A DNA stretch of 64,000 bases from Sedimentisphaerales bacterium (GTDB taxonomy: Bacteria; Planctomycetota; Phycisphaerae; Sedimentisphaerales; SM23-30), in assembly GCA_963663805.2 (NCBI GenBank), contig CAXXMR010000014.1, positions 64,001 through 128,000 of the forward strand, written 5' to 3'. This document shows, piece after piece, positions 41,249 to 50,847 of this stretch. The position numbers were made by a program, and so were the translations under genes. How positions within the stretch are numbered: the first letter of the stretch is position 1; each line of letters opens with the position of its first letter. The notes beneath the pieces were generated by a model that saw only the letters and a program-made list of their open reading frames with translations, was not told where the DNA came from and did not search any database.

Positions 41249-42493
41249 ATGGCCGCTGATTTTACGCGCAGAGATTTCCTGAAAACCCTGACCGCAACCG
41301 CCGCCACACTAACCCTGCCCGCCGCAAAACTTTACGCAACACCAAATCAGCCGGACACTCCCCCGGCTCCCTCATATCTCGCTGATTACAAAGAACTATA
41401 CCTCCAAAACCCCCGCCAGGCCGCTCTCGAATGGTTCAAAAACGCCGAGATCGGGCTTTTCATGCATTACGGAATCTACAGCATACAGGCCCAGGGCGAA
41501 TGGGCACTCAGAAACGAAAAAATCCCCCCTGCCCAATACGAAAAACTCAAAGACCGTTTTACCGCCAAAAAATTCGACCCCGATTTCATCACCGACCTCG
41601 CCCACCAGGCCGGCATGAAATATGTCAACATAACCGCACGCCACCACGACGGCTTCTGCCTTTTTGAAACCAAACAATCAGATTATCACGCCGCCAACAG
41701 CCCCGCCCAACGCGATTTAATCGCCGAACTAGCCCAACAATGCCAAAAGAAAAAACTCGGATTATTCCTCTACTATTCCTACGCACTCGATTGGCACCAC
41801 CCATACTTCTACCCCACAAAATACAGCCTGCCCGGACGAACCAGCCTCGACAATCCCGCCCCCGGCTACAAATTTAGAACCGACGAAGATTTCAAACACT
41901 ACCTAGAATTCGCTCATAACCAAATCAAAGAACTGCTGACCAACTACGGCCCACTCGCCGGAATCTGGTTCGACCCCATGACACCTTTCTATGGACGACC
42001 AGACCTTTTCCCCATCGAACAAACCTACGCTATGATTCGCGAAATGCAGCCCCAAACCCTCATTTCCTTCAAACAGGGCGCAAACGGAACCGAAGACTTC
42101 GCCGCACCCGAACGCTCCGGAAAAATTAGTTACGAGTGGGTCAAAAAACGCTTCCCCAACAATCCCCTCAGCTACGAAGTTGCCAAAAACGCCTGTGAGA
42201 AAAATCAAAACAAACACAACGAAATATGCGATACCCTGCAAAGACATAAATGGGGCTATTGCAAATCAGAAGATAATGACCATCTGACTCCCGCCGAGGT
42301 CATAACCAAACTCAACCACGCCCGCGACATCAACTGCAACCTGCTAATCAACACCGGCCCCCTGCCCGACGGTTCTATACACCCCGCCGACATTGAAACC
42401 CTCCGGAACCTAAAAAAAATATCCCAAAACAACCAGCCACCCACCAAAAACAACCAACCAAAAACTCAGAACGACACCCTGATATGTCAATAA
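41249..42493 (+). CDS. Tat-exported alpha-L-fucosidase (GH29)
   Basis: TRRDFLK, WF..AEIGLFMHYG, ARHHDGFCLF, QIKELLTNYG..IWFD, NLLINTGP..DG. Confidence 0.88.
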   Translation: MAADFTRRDFLKTLTATAATLTLPAAKLYATPNQPDTPPAPSYLADYKELYLQNPRQAALEWFKNAEIGLFMHYGIYSIQAQGEWALRNEKIPPAQYEKLKDRFTAKKFDPDFITDLAHQAGMKYVNITARHHDGFCLFETKQSDYHAANSPAQRDLIAELAQQCQKKKLGLFLYYSYALDWHHPYFYPTKYSLPGRTSLDNPAPGYKFRTDEDFKHYLEFAHNQIKELLTNYGPLAGIWFDPMTPFYGRPDLFPIEQTYAMIREMQPQTLISFKQGANGTEDFAAPERSGKISYEWVKKRFPNNPLSYEVAKNACEKNQNKHNEICDTLQRHKWGYCKSEDNDHLTPAEVITKLNHARDINCNLLINTGPLPDGSIHPADIETLRNLKKISQNNQPPTKNNQPKTQNDTLICQ

Positions 42494-42663
42494 CACAAAC
42501 ACCCTTATTCTCAATTAAATGCGCAAAAAAAATGATTACCTGTCTATAATAAATAGCAGGTGAATATTGCTTAAGAACCATCTTCTTCCCATCTGGAAGA
42601 ACCTGACAAGTAAATACCCTGAGAATCGTTTGAACCAAATTCTTTTGCATAAGGAGAACTATC

Positions 42664-43338
42664 ATGCGCTGTAAAAAAAATACCGTCACACTCCTGCTGA
42701 TATTAGCAGCCGTTCTGGCAGGACCAACAGCCGAAAAAACCATGGCAATCGAAAAACTAACTTACAAAGTAATAGAAAAACAAGGCGAGATCGAAATAAG
42801 GGAATACCAGGGATATATCGAGGCACAAACAGTTGTAAATGAGGAATTTACAAAAGCGGGGAACAAGGCCTTCTCTCGACTCTTCGATTATATCTCAGGC
42901 AAAAACGAAACCGAAAAAGATATCAGCATGACCGCGACCGTCAATCAGCAAAAAACCGGCAAAAAAATCGCTATGACGGCCCCGGTAAATCAACAGGCAC
43001 AGCAGGACCAGTGGGTAATATCGTTTGTAATGCCGAAAAAGTTCACGATGGAAACACTGCCCAAACCGCAGGACGATAGAATAACACTGGTTCCAGTCCA
43101 GGCCTATCGAGCGGCCGCTATCAGATACTCCGGATTCTGGAGCAAGGCAGGATACCTGAAACATCTGGAGAAATTACAAAAATACATGGCCGAAAACAAA
43201 CTTGAAGCAGAAGGTCCGCCCATCTAGGCACGCTACAACTCACCTTTCTCACTCTGGTTCCTGAGAAGAAACGAGGTCATCATCCCCCTGGAAAAACAAG
43301 AAAAGACCCCAAAGAAAACCCCAAAACCGACTTCGTAG
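42664..43338 (+). pseudogene. SOUL heme-binding family protein with in-frame TAG at 43225-43227
   Basis: IEIREY, AFSRLFDYISGKN, IAMTAPV, FVMP..LPKP; after the TAG the frame continues ARYNSPFSLWFLRRNEVIIP, the SOUL C-terminal motif. Confidence 0.8.
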
Positions 43339-43381
43339 GAGAGGGACGGTAATTTTTCTACTCCGGTCCCCGACCACCGCT

Positions 43382-43435
43382 CATCAGAGCCGCGCACGTA
43401 AGTAAGCGGTGCCGTTAAATTAAACCACTCCGACC
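43382..43435 (+). repeat. REP-like intergenic repeat, copy B
   Basis: Near-identical to 24088-24140. Confidence 0.85.
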
Positions 43436-43835
43436 GAAGGTCGAACCTCGCCGTCACCCCCTCCCATCCAAAGGATGCCATTTACCCCCGCCCCTCAAGG
43501 CGGCCCCCCCAACCCCAACCAACTCCCCCCTGTCCATCAAGTCCACTCCGTCCAGAAAGTCCAGAAAAGTCCACATTTCGACCCGCGAATTTCCGAAAAA
43601 AACGTTCAAAAAAGCCAAAAAACATGATTTTTCCGTCAAAAACCGTTCAAAAAGCCCTCAAAAAACACCAAAAATCGACACTTTCCAGCACATTTGCGTC
43701 GATTTACCCCACCAAATTTCTCTAAATCAGCTTACTGCTCTAAACAAACCAGCCGATTTTGCGGACACACCCTTCTCGCACCCGATGATAATTATGATTT
43801 GCCGTAAATAGACCTAAACCCGTATAATTGAAAAA

Positions 43836-44216
43836 ATGAAGAATAAAGCAAATAACCTAACCATCTGTCACTGCCTCACGGCTCTGGCCTGCCTCGTGCT
43901 CGCCGGCTGTGCCGCCAACCGACTCAAACCAGTGGGTATCTCCGACCTGGAACACAAGGACCCCGCCCGTCGCATCCGGGCTATCAAGTGGGCCGGCGAA
44001 AATCAGGTCACCGAAGCTATCCCCCTGCTCATCGACCGGCTGGAGGAACAGGACCAGGCCGTCAGATTTTTCGCTATCTGTGCCCTCAGAAAAATCACCG
44101 GCGAAGATTATGGCTATAACTACCGCCTGCCCCCTGCCTCATGCTCCCAGGCCATCAAACGCTGGCGCCAAAGCCTTACCAAACCACCGGAACCCCAAAC
44201 CAACACTGCTAAATGA
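43836..44216 (+). CDS. HEAT-repeat lipoprotein
   Basis: LAGC lipobox; AIPLLIDRLEEQDQAVRFFAICALRKITG. Confidence 0.75.
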   Translation: MKNKANNLTICHCLTALACLVLAGCAANRLKPVGISDLEHKDPARRIRAIKWAGENQVTEAIPLLIDRLEEQDQAVRFFAICALRKITGEDYGYNYRLPPASCSQAIKRWRQSLTKPPEPQTNTAK

Positions 44217-44674
44217 TTGAACAAACTCCTCAGAAACACGAAATTATGACCGTTCGCATCCAGGCTTGCCCAGAGCAAATCTGTATCGTCCGGGCCGCCG
44301 TCAATAAAACCCTAGAAATGCTCCACATGGACCCCGACATTGCCGCCAAGGTAATTCTCGCCGTCGATGAAGCCCTCACCAACATCATCCGCCACAGCTA
44401 CGAAAAACCCTGCCATCTGCCCATAACCCTAACTCTCGGCAACCAGGCCAACGCCCCCGACCGGCAAACCATCACCATAACCATCCTCGACCAGGGCAAA
44501 CAGGTCCATCCCGACCAGATTAAAAGCCGAGACCTCGATGAAATCCGCCCCGGCGGGCTCGGCGTACATATTATTCAGTCCGTAATGGACCACGTAAAAT
44601 ACACCCCCCGCCCCCAAGGCGGTATGCAACTGACCATGACCAAAAATTTTACCCCCGTACCAACAACCGAATAA
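44213..44674 (+). CDS. Anti-sigma-factor-type Ser kinase (RsbW/HATPase_c_2)
   Basis: LAVDEALTNIIRHSY, ILDQG, RPGGLGVHIIQSVMD. Confidence 0.88.
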   Translation: MIEQTPQKHEIMTVRIQACPEQICIVRAAVNKTLEMLHMDPDIAAKVILAVDEALTNIIRHSYEKPCHLPITLTLGNQANAPDRQTITITILDQGKQVHPDQIKSRDLDEIRPGGLGVHIIQSVMDHVKYTPRPQGGMQLTMTKNFTPVPTTE

Positions 44675-44691
44675 ACCATAAGAGAACAGTT

Positions 44692-45039
44692 ATGACTTTC
44701 CACTACTGCAAAGTTGTCCGCGACATTAAACGAGAAAATAACAATACCATCATTGCCCTCACCGGCGACGTTGACATGAAAAACTCCATGTCGCTTCGGG
44801 ACATCATCATCACCGAACTCGACCCCAAACCCGCGGCCCTGCTTATCGACCTCTCGCAGGTCTCTTTCATGGACTCATCAGGCCTCGCGGTCATCATCGA
44901 AGCCTTGCAGAGAACCAACAAAGCCAAAACCAAACTTAAACTATTCGGTATGAAACAACAGGTACGCAACATCTTCGAAATTGCCCGCCTCGAAAAAGTC
45001 TTCCAAATATATGAAACCGAACAAGAGGCCCTCCAGTAA
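44692..45039 (+). CDS. STAS-domain anti-anti-sigma-type protein
   Basis: LTGDVD, IDLSQVSFMDSSGL, VRNIFEIARL. Confidence 0.9.
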   Translation: MTFHYCKVVRDIKRENNNTIIALTGDVDMKNSMSLRDIIITELDPKPAALLIDLSQVSFMDSSGLAVIIEALQRTNKAKTKLKLFGMKQQVRNIFEIARLEKVFQIYETEQEALQ

Positions 45040-45908
45040 TGAACGATTCCGAAAATCATATCGAACGCCGCTCCCGAATCAGCCGCATGGCCCGCGCTCT
45101 GCAAAACACCGCCGACGCGGTAGTTGATAATACCCGCCAGATGTTCACCTTCTTCGGCGGTTCAACTTTGCTGCTGGCTGAAACCGCCCGCTACACCCCC
45201 GAAGGCCTGCTCAAACCTCAAGCCAAATCAGGACGCAAAGCCCTGATTTTTCAAATGGCCCGCGTCGGTGTCAAGGCCGTCCCCATCGTCATGCTCGTCC
45301 AGCTCGCCATCGGCATCATCATGCCCCTGCAAATGTACAACAAACTCGATGAGTTTGGCCAGGCTGAGCAAATCGCCACCATCAACGCCATTGCCGCCTT
45401 TCGTGAACTGGCACCCCTGATGACCGCTGTGGTCCTGAGCGGTTTTGCCGGGGCCAGCATCGCCGCCGAGCTGGGCACTATGGTAACCGGTGAAGAAATC
45501 GAAGCGCTCGAATCAATGGCCATCAGCCCCGTGAGATTCCTGGTCGTGCCCCGCCTTATCGCCACATTCATAATGATGATTGCCCTGACCGTCATCGCCG
45601 ACGTCGTCATGGTGTTTGGCGGCTATATGACCGGCACATCGCTGGGTATCGACCCCGACACATTCTATCAGCTCACTCTCGAAGCGGTAAACATCCCCAG
45701 TTTCGTCACCGGCCTGGTCAAAGCCGGTATCTTCGGCGTACTCATCAGCCTCATCGCCTGCTATCTCGGCCTGTCGGTCAGACCCTGGCAGGGCAGCGAA
45801 GGTGTAGGCCATGCCACCACCCGCACCGTGGTTTACAGCATCGTCGCTATCATCGGGGCCGATGCGGTGTTTACGGTCATCTTTTACGCTTATGGACTGT
45901 TCAAATAA
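45039..45908 (+). CDS. MlaE-family ABC permease
   Basis: RELAPLMTAVVLSG..GASIAAELGTM..EEIEALESM..PVRFLVVPR, EGVGHATTRTVV. Confidence 0.9.
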   Translation: MNDSENHIERRSRISRMARALQNTADAVVDNTRQMFTFFGGSTLLLAETARYTPEGLLKPQAKSGRKALIFQMARVGVKAVPIVMLVQLAIGIIMPLQMYNKLDEFGQAEQIATINAIAAFRELAPLMTAVVLSGFAGASIAAELGTMVTGEEIEALESMAISPVRFLVVPRLIATFIMMIALTVIADVVMVFGGYMTGTSLGIDPDTFYQLTLEAVNIPSFVTGLVKAGIFGVLISLIACYLGLSVRPWQGSEGVGHATTRTVVYSIVAIIGADAVFTVIFYAYGLFK

Positions 45909-45957
45909 ACCAACCTTTGTCGAGTATCAACTGAAACATTTAATCAAACCACCACAG

Positions 45958-45990
45958 AAGCCGAACCGCGTAAGCGGTCGGATAATTAAA
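45958..45990 (+). repeat. REP-like palindrome, second subtype, copy 1
   Basis: aagccgaaccgcgtaagcggtcggataattaaa; 29/33 identical to 55119-55151. Confidence 0.7.
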
Positions 45991-46000
45991 AAACTGCCGC

Positions 46001-46726
46001 TTACTGAACATCGTGATGATGAGAAAAAGCCGCCGCACAAACACTCGCCAGCGTAATCCCCATAAACGCCCCCGCTAAATCACCGACATCAAATCCCCGC
46101 CCCATCATATAGCTGATGAATTCATCAAACAGCGCGTACAAAGAAATCACTGCCACGGAAATACTGAACACCCGACCGTTAAACTCAAACCGACTCTCTT
46201 TGCAAACACAACGCCAGAACAACAGAGTCAGCACCGCATAAGCCGCCATTACATAAGTTATCTCAAACCGCTGCCATTCGGCGGGCAGACGTATAAACAC
46301 CCCCGCATTGGTCGGCCAGTGACTTATCGCGAACATTACTATCCAGTAACCGCCAAGCCAATGTATAAAGCTGCGCATAAAGGTCAGCACCACAAATGCC
46401 GTCAGACATCCAGCCGCATCGGCAAACCAATCCATTATCGAAGGAGTCCGGCAAGTCAGTCCCTGCGAGATTTCGTCCGCCGAGGCGTAAACCAGCATCA
46501 TCGCCAACACCAGCCAGAAGCGATAGCGTCTTAAATCAGGCTTGATACTGCCATACTTGGCCAGCCAAAACAGTAGGGTCAGAAGAAAGTAAGCCGCAAA
46601 ATGACCAGTTTTGTCACGGCCAGCGATATAAATATCAGGCAGCTTCGGCACATGAGTCGCCGTGAACACTAAGGGCCAATACACCGCCAACAATATCCAG
46701 GGATAATATGACCGAAAACGCTTCAT
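46001..46726 (-). CDS. VanZ-like membrane protein with internal duplication
   Basis: THVP..DKTGHFAAY..YASADEISQ..RTPSIMDWFAD, repeated as SHWP..AAY..YALFDEFIS..RGFDVGDL. Confidence 0.75.
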   Translation of the reverse strand: MKRFRSYYPWILLAVYWPLVFTATHVPKLPDIYIAGRDKTGHFAAYFLLTLLFWLAKYGSIKPDLRRYRFWLVLAMMLVYASADEISQGLTCRTPSIMDWFADAAGCLTAFVVLTFMRSFIHWLGGYWIVMFAISHWPTNAGVFIRLPAEWQRFEITYVMAAYAVLTLLFWRCVCKESRFEFNGRVFSISVAVISLYALFDEFISYMMGRGFDVGDLAGAFMGITLASVCAAAFSHHHDVQ

Positions 46727-46749
46727 GCAATTTACCCGACCCCGCTTTT

Positions 46750-47619
46750 TTAGGCCTCGTCCGATACGGCATCTTCTTGTTCTTGCATAACTGAATCGTC
46801 CGCAAAAACCGGCTTAACGGGCGCAGCTCCTCCAAACATGGCCAGAACTTCCCCTGCCAGACTCAGATAATCCTGGGCACCATGACAACGGGCATCATAC
46901 TCAAAAATCGTCTGGCCGTGACTGGGACACTCCGCCAGCTTGACATTCCGCCTGATTCTGGTTTCAAATACCCGAATGTTTTGCCACGGACTCTCACCCG
47001 AACGCTGCTCCGCGAAAAACTCCTCTATATCGCGTACAATTTCTGTCGTCAGAGTAGTCCTGCCGTCATACATACAGAACATCAACCCCGATATCTTCAA
47101 CTCCGGATTTATCCGCCTCTGTACCAGAAGCACCGACTCCAACAACTGACTCAACCCCTGCAATGACAAAAAATGAGGCTGCAAAGGGATAAAAACCTCA
47201 CGAGAAGCCGATAACGCGTTCAAGGTCAGCAATCCCAGGGAGGGCGGACAGTCTATCAACACAAAATCATAGGGCCGACCACAGGAATTTATCACGTCCC
47301 GAAGGATGGTCTCGCGTCCCACCACAGAGACTAATTCCTGCTCCGCCGCGGCTAAATCCATACCCGCCGGCAGCAAAGCCAGATTCTCGCGGACATCCTG
47401 AACACATTCATCCAGCGAACTACCCTTTACCAGAACCTCATAGGCACTTACCTGGTCTTTACGCGGGTCATGGCCCAGCGAGGTAGTCAAATGCGCCTGG
47501 GGGTCCAGGTCCGCCAGCAACACTTTTTGCCCCTGACTGGCCAAAGCTGCCGCCAGGTTCACCGTCGTGGTGGTCTTGCCAACACCGCCTTTTTGGTTTG
47601 TTATCGCGATTATTCTCAT
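46750..47619 (-). CDS. ParA/Soj-family ATPase
   Basis: NQKGGVGKTTT, DLDPQAH, IDCPPSLGLLTLNAL, IRRNVKLAECPSHG. Confidence 0.92.
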   Translation of the reverse strand: MRIIAITNQKGGVGKTTTTVNLAAALASQGQKVLLADLDPQAHLTTSLGHDPRKDQVSAYEVLVKGSSLDECVQDVRENLALLPAGMDLAAAEQELVSVVGRETILRDVINSCGRPYDFVLIDCPPSLGLLTLNALSASREVFIPLQPHFLSLQGLSQLLESVLLVQRRINPELKISGLMFCMYDGRTTLTTEIVRDIEEFFAEQRSGESPWQNIRVFETRIRRNVKLAECPSHGQTIFEYDARCHGAQDYLSLAGEVLAMFGGAAPVKPVFADDSVMQEQEDAVSDEA

Positions 47620-47849
47620 TTTTTTCCGTTTTTTTAGCTAAAACTCCACCTTTTGAGCCTTCCAAAAAGTGATTTTTCGCAATTTTCAGTCATTATAGCC
47701 CCATTTTTGCCCCGATTGCATAAAAAAATGGAAGACCAAACCTTTACTGGTAGATCTTCCATTTTTTCAAGCTCAAGCTTGTCGTTTTCGTCGCTGACAG
47801 GGCAAATGCCCCGAACGATCAGACTGAAAATCACTTTCCAGTCTTAACG

Positions 47850-48107
47850 TTACTTTTTAGCCGTTTTCTTTTTAGCCGTTTTTTTCTTAGCGACTTTTTT
47901 CTTGGTAACTTTCTTCTTTGCGGTTTTTTTCTTCGCTACTTTCTTCTTGGCCACTTTCTTCTTGGCCACTTTCTTCTTAGCTACTTTTTTCTTCGCTACT
48001 TTTTTCTTGGCCACTTTCTTCTTAGCGACTTTCTTCTTCGCTACTTTCTTCTTGGCGACTTTTTTCTTCGCCGTTTTCTTCTTAGCTACTTTTTTCTTCT
48101 TAGCCAT
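47850..48107 (-). CDS. Histone H1/Hc2-like basic repeat protein (85 aa)
   Basis: MAK + 16 x KKK(V/T)(A/T) + KK; synonymous codon variation between units; GGTGG upstream. Confidence 0.7.
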   Translation of the reverse strand: MAKKKKVAKKKTAKKKVAKKKVAKKKVAKKKVAKKKVAKKKVAKKKVAKKKVAKKKVAKKKTAKKKVTKKKVAKKKTAKKKTAKK

Positions 48108-48773
48108 AAATATCACCACCTTTCAAAAAAGAAGTATAGAGTTACCAACCTGATATTAACTCAGGATATTAAACTTAGTCAAAAATATTTTTACCTTTAA
48201 CAAACTAAATTACTCTGCCATAAACTTATGTAATACGGACTTTAATTATTACTTGTTTTGTTTTATCGTCACGAAATGTCTCATTACTTCATTATATTTC
48301 ATACTTAACAGGCTTTTTATAGCTGCAAATTAACTTTTTTTCGTTTTTTTTTATCTCTTTTTTAAAAAAACATTCCTATCGCTAAAAAAAGTTTACTAAC
48401 AGAAACGCTGATAGTTTTTCGTTTTTTTCACCGAAACCAAACTTGAACCCCAACCTAAAAAGAAAAAACAAGACCAGATTCAATACCCATTTCTATACTA
48501 AAGACAGTTTAGCCAAACCTCATTTCCTTTCAAGTGTTTATTATTTTAGGTCCAGGTCAAAGACTATTGCGCATCGCGCAAACAACTTCTCAAACCTGCC
48601 AACTTCATTGCTCGCAGACGGAAATTTACGTTCGATACAGGCGTAAAAACAATGAGAACAGCCCCCGCAAGCCCTCTGATACAATATGCAAGCCGATACT
48701 TAAACCACGATTTGATTTGAACGGCCCAAAGAAACTTTATTGCTTATTAAAAAATAACTTACGCAACAAAGCA

Positions 48774-50561
48774 TCACCCCTGACTTTTGCTTAAACCTGC
48801 GTTTTTGCCAACCTCAACCGGCGTATGAGGATGAACCGACCGACTCATATCCGTCAGTTCAACGGCTTTACGCAAAACCGGGTCCGTCAAAGAAAAATAA
48901 TCAGTGACAGAGCACACTTTTTCCCCGGAACGCTCAACCTGACAGTCGGGTTTCAGGCCGATTTTATGAAAACTCTCGTCATTCGGCGGCGTATATGAAG
49001 CAGTCGTCAGACAAATCGCCCCACTGCTCTCATGCAGCGGGTAAACAGTCTGAATCACACCCTTGCCCAGTGTCGTTTCACCTATCAAAATCGCTCGATT
49101 ATGATTGCGCAGAGCCGCCGCAAAAATTTCTGCCGCACTAGCGGTATTTTTGTTCATTAAAAGCGATACTGAAAGATTATAGGAACCAAAAACGTTCGGC
49201 CTAACCCTGTAGGTTGTCTGGTCCGAGGCGGTCTGCACATGCACAACATCACCCTGACGAACAAAAAGTCCTACCGCCTGCACCGCCGCGGTCATCAAAC
49301 CACCCCCGTTATCGCGCAGGTCAATTACCACCGTCTTGACACCGGCTTCTTCCAGTTCATCCAGGGCCCGACGCATCTCCAGAGCGGTATTATAATCGAA
49401 TGAACTAACCCGAAAATACCCCGCCTCACGATTTTTCAGCACCTGAACATGGCGAACCGTCGGCGAATCGATCACTTTTCGGTCAACCTCAACCGAGATT
49501 TCCTCATCGCCGCGTCCCAGCAACAACTCCACTGAACTCCGGGCCGGACCGGTCAACAGTTTACTGATACGGCTGGCCGGCAAATTGCCCATCGCCACAT
49601 CCGCGATACGAATTATCCGGTCGCCGGGCTTTAAGCCCGCCTGATAAGCGGGACTGGCAGGAACGACGTCAAATATCGTCGGCAGCTCGGTCTCACATAT
49701 CAAATCAACCCCGATACCAACATAAGAACCGTTCATGCGGTCCAGCAAACCGTTATATTTGTTCACACCCAACAGATATGAATATTCATCCAGATTATCC
49801 GCCAGAGCATAGCCAAGCTCCAATGCCGGCCATGCCGAACCCATACCGGCATCTTCGCACAAAGGCTCGATAACCTCCGCCAAAGAACCACTGAAACTCA
49901 ATTTACAGCCTATAGTCTCGCTCAATTCACGCCGCAAAACTGTCAGTTGACCGCTTAATTCGTTCAGCTTGTCGGCGTCAGCTTCAAACTGCTCACGTAC
50001 CAGACGATTCTCAGCAGCGGCCTTTAGTTCGATTAACGCGTCACTTATCAGTTCACGGGCATTGACCTTCACATAATATTGTTCATTGATAAATTTAACG
50101 ACCTCGTCAAGCTGTTTTGCGGCGGAATCGGCACGAGTTGAGATTATCTCCGGCACCAGAGAACGATTATTATAACGGTCGATTACCCGACTCTGAGCCC
50201 GGCAATATTTCAAGCGCTCGGTAATCGCCGCCCGGTGCGAATCATCCGCTTCTGCCAGAGCGATTTCGAAATACGCAACGGCCTGATGATAATGCTCGTA
50301 CTTCTCGGCCTGGGAAGCCAGCTCCAGAAACTGCTCGATGGAATGTTCGCCGGCCCGCGAAAAATCTGGCACATGCGACAGCTTGAACAATGCCAGCACC
50401 AGGACCACCAACGCCAGGCCCCATAACCGCTTTAGATTTATCGGATACAAAGAGTATACGGAACAGACAGGTTTTTCTCTAAAAACCAACGCTTTAGAAG
50501 TCGATAATACCCCTGTAGAACACCCTTCGCTTCGCACACTGTCGCTAATATTACTTAACAT
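48774..50561 (-). CDS. S41 carboxyl-terminal processing protease with PDZ domain
   Basis: LDEYSY, YVGIGV, SPAYQAGLKPGDRI, IDLRDNGGG, TASAAEIFA, TLGKGVIQ; GGAGG before ATG 50561. Confidence 0.88.
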   Translation of the reverse strand: MLSNISDSVRSEGCSTGVLSTSKALVFREKPVCSVYSLYPINLKRLWGLALVVLVLALFKLSHVPDFSRAGEHSIEQFLELASQAEKYEHYHQAVAYFEIALAEADDSHRAAITERLKYCRAQSRVIDRYNNRSLVPEIISTRADSAAKQLDEVVKFINEQYYVKVNARELISDALIELKAAAENRLVREQFEADADKLNELSGQLTVLRRELSETIGCKLSFSGSLAEVIEPLCEDAGMGSAWPALELGYALADNLDEYSYLLGVNKYNGLLDRMNGSYVGIGVDLICETELPTIFDVVPASPAYQAGLKPGDRIIRIADVAMGNLPASRISKLLTGPARSSVELLLGRGDEEISVEVDRKVIDSPTVRHVQVLKNREAGYFRVSSFDYNTALEMRRALDELEEAGVKTVVIDLRDNGGGLMTAAVQAVGLFVRQGDVVHVQTASDQTTYRVRPNVFGSYNLSVSLLMNKNTASAAEIFAAALRNHNRAILIGETTLGKGVIQTVYPLHESSGAICLTTASYTPPNDESFHKIGLKPDCQVERSGEKVCSVTDYFSLTDPVLRKAVELTDMSRSVHPHTPVEVGKNAGLSKSQG

Positions 50562-50847
50562 TCTCTCCTCCCAGGGAGACCAAAACCAAATTGAAGGCAC
50601 CAGACCCCGGCCATTGAAGCAATGACGAGGCCCTTTTGCCTTTTGCGTTACATCTAAATATACTGTAATATACCCCCTGCCTGGGATGTGGGCTTACCGA
50701 AACGGTCAGTAAACACAAAAAGGCTGCGATATAAGTGTTGGCCAAAGTGAACAAGGTCAGATATTTGGACTATTTTAACTATAGTGCCTTACCAAAATGC
50801 AACTTTGCCCGTTTCGACAGGGCAGCAAGGAAAAATGAGGTCTAAAA

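Noticed and set aside
47902..48153. Antisense (FFLAT)n hydrophobic ORF
   Set aside because: Mirror of the Lys repeat: its units vary non-synonymously (F/L), whereas the - strand keeps KKK constant.
48130..48770. AT-rich region near parA as oriC
   Set aside because: No clustered DnaA boxes seen, no dnaA/dnaN/parB nearby, and no skew change here; more likely promoter DNA.
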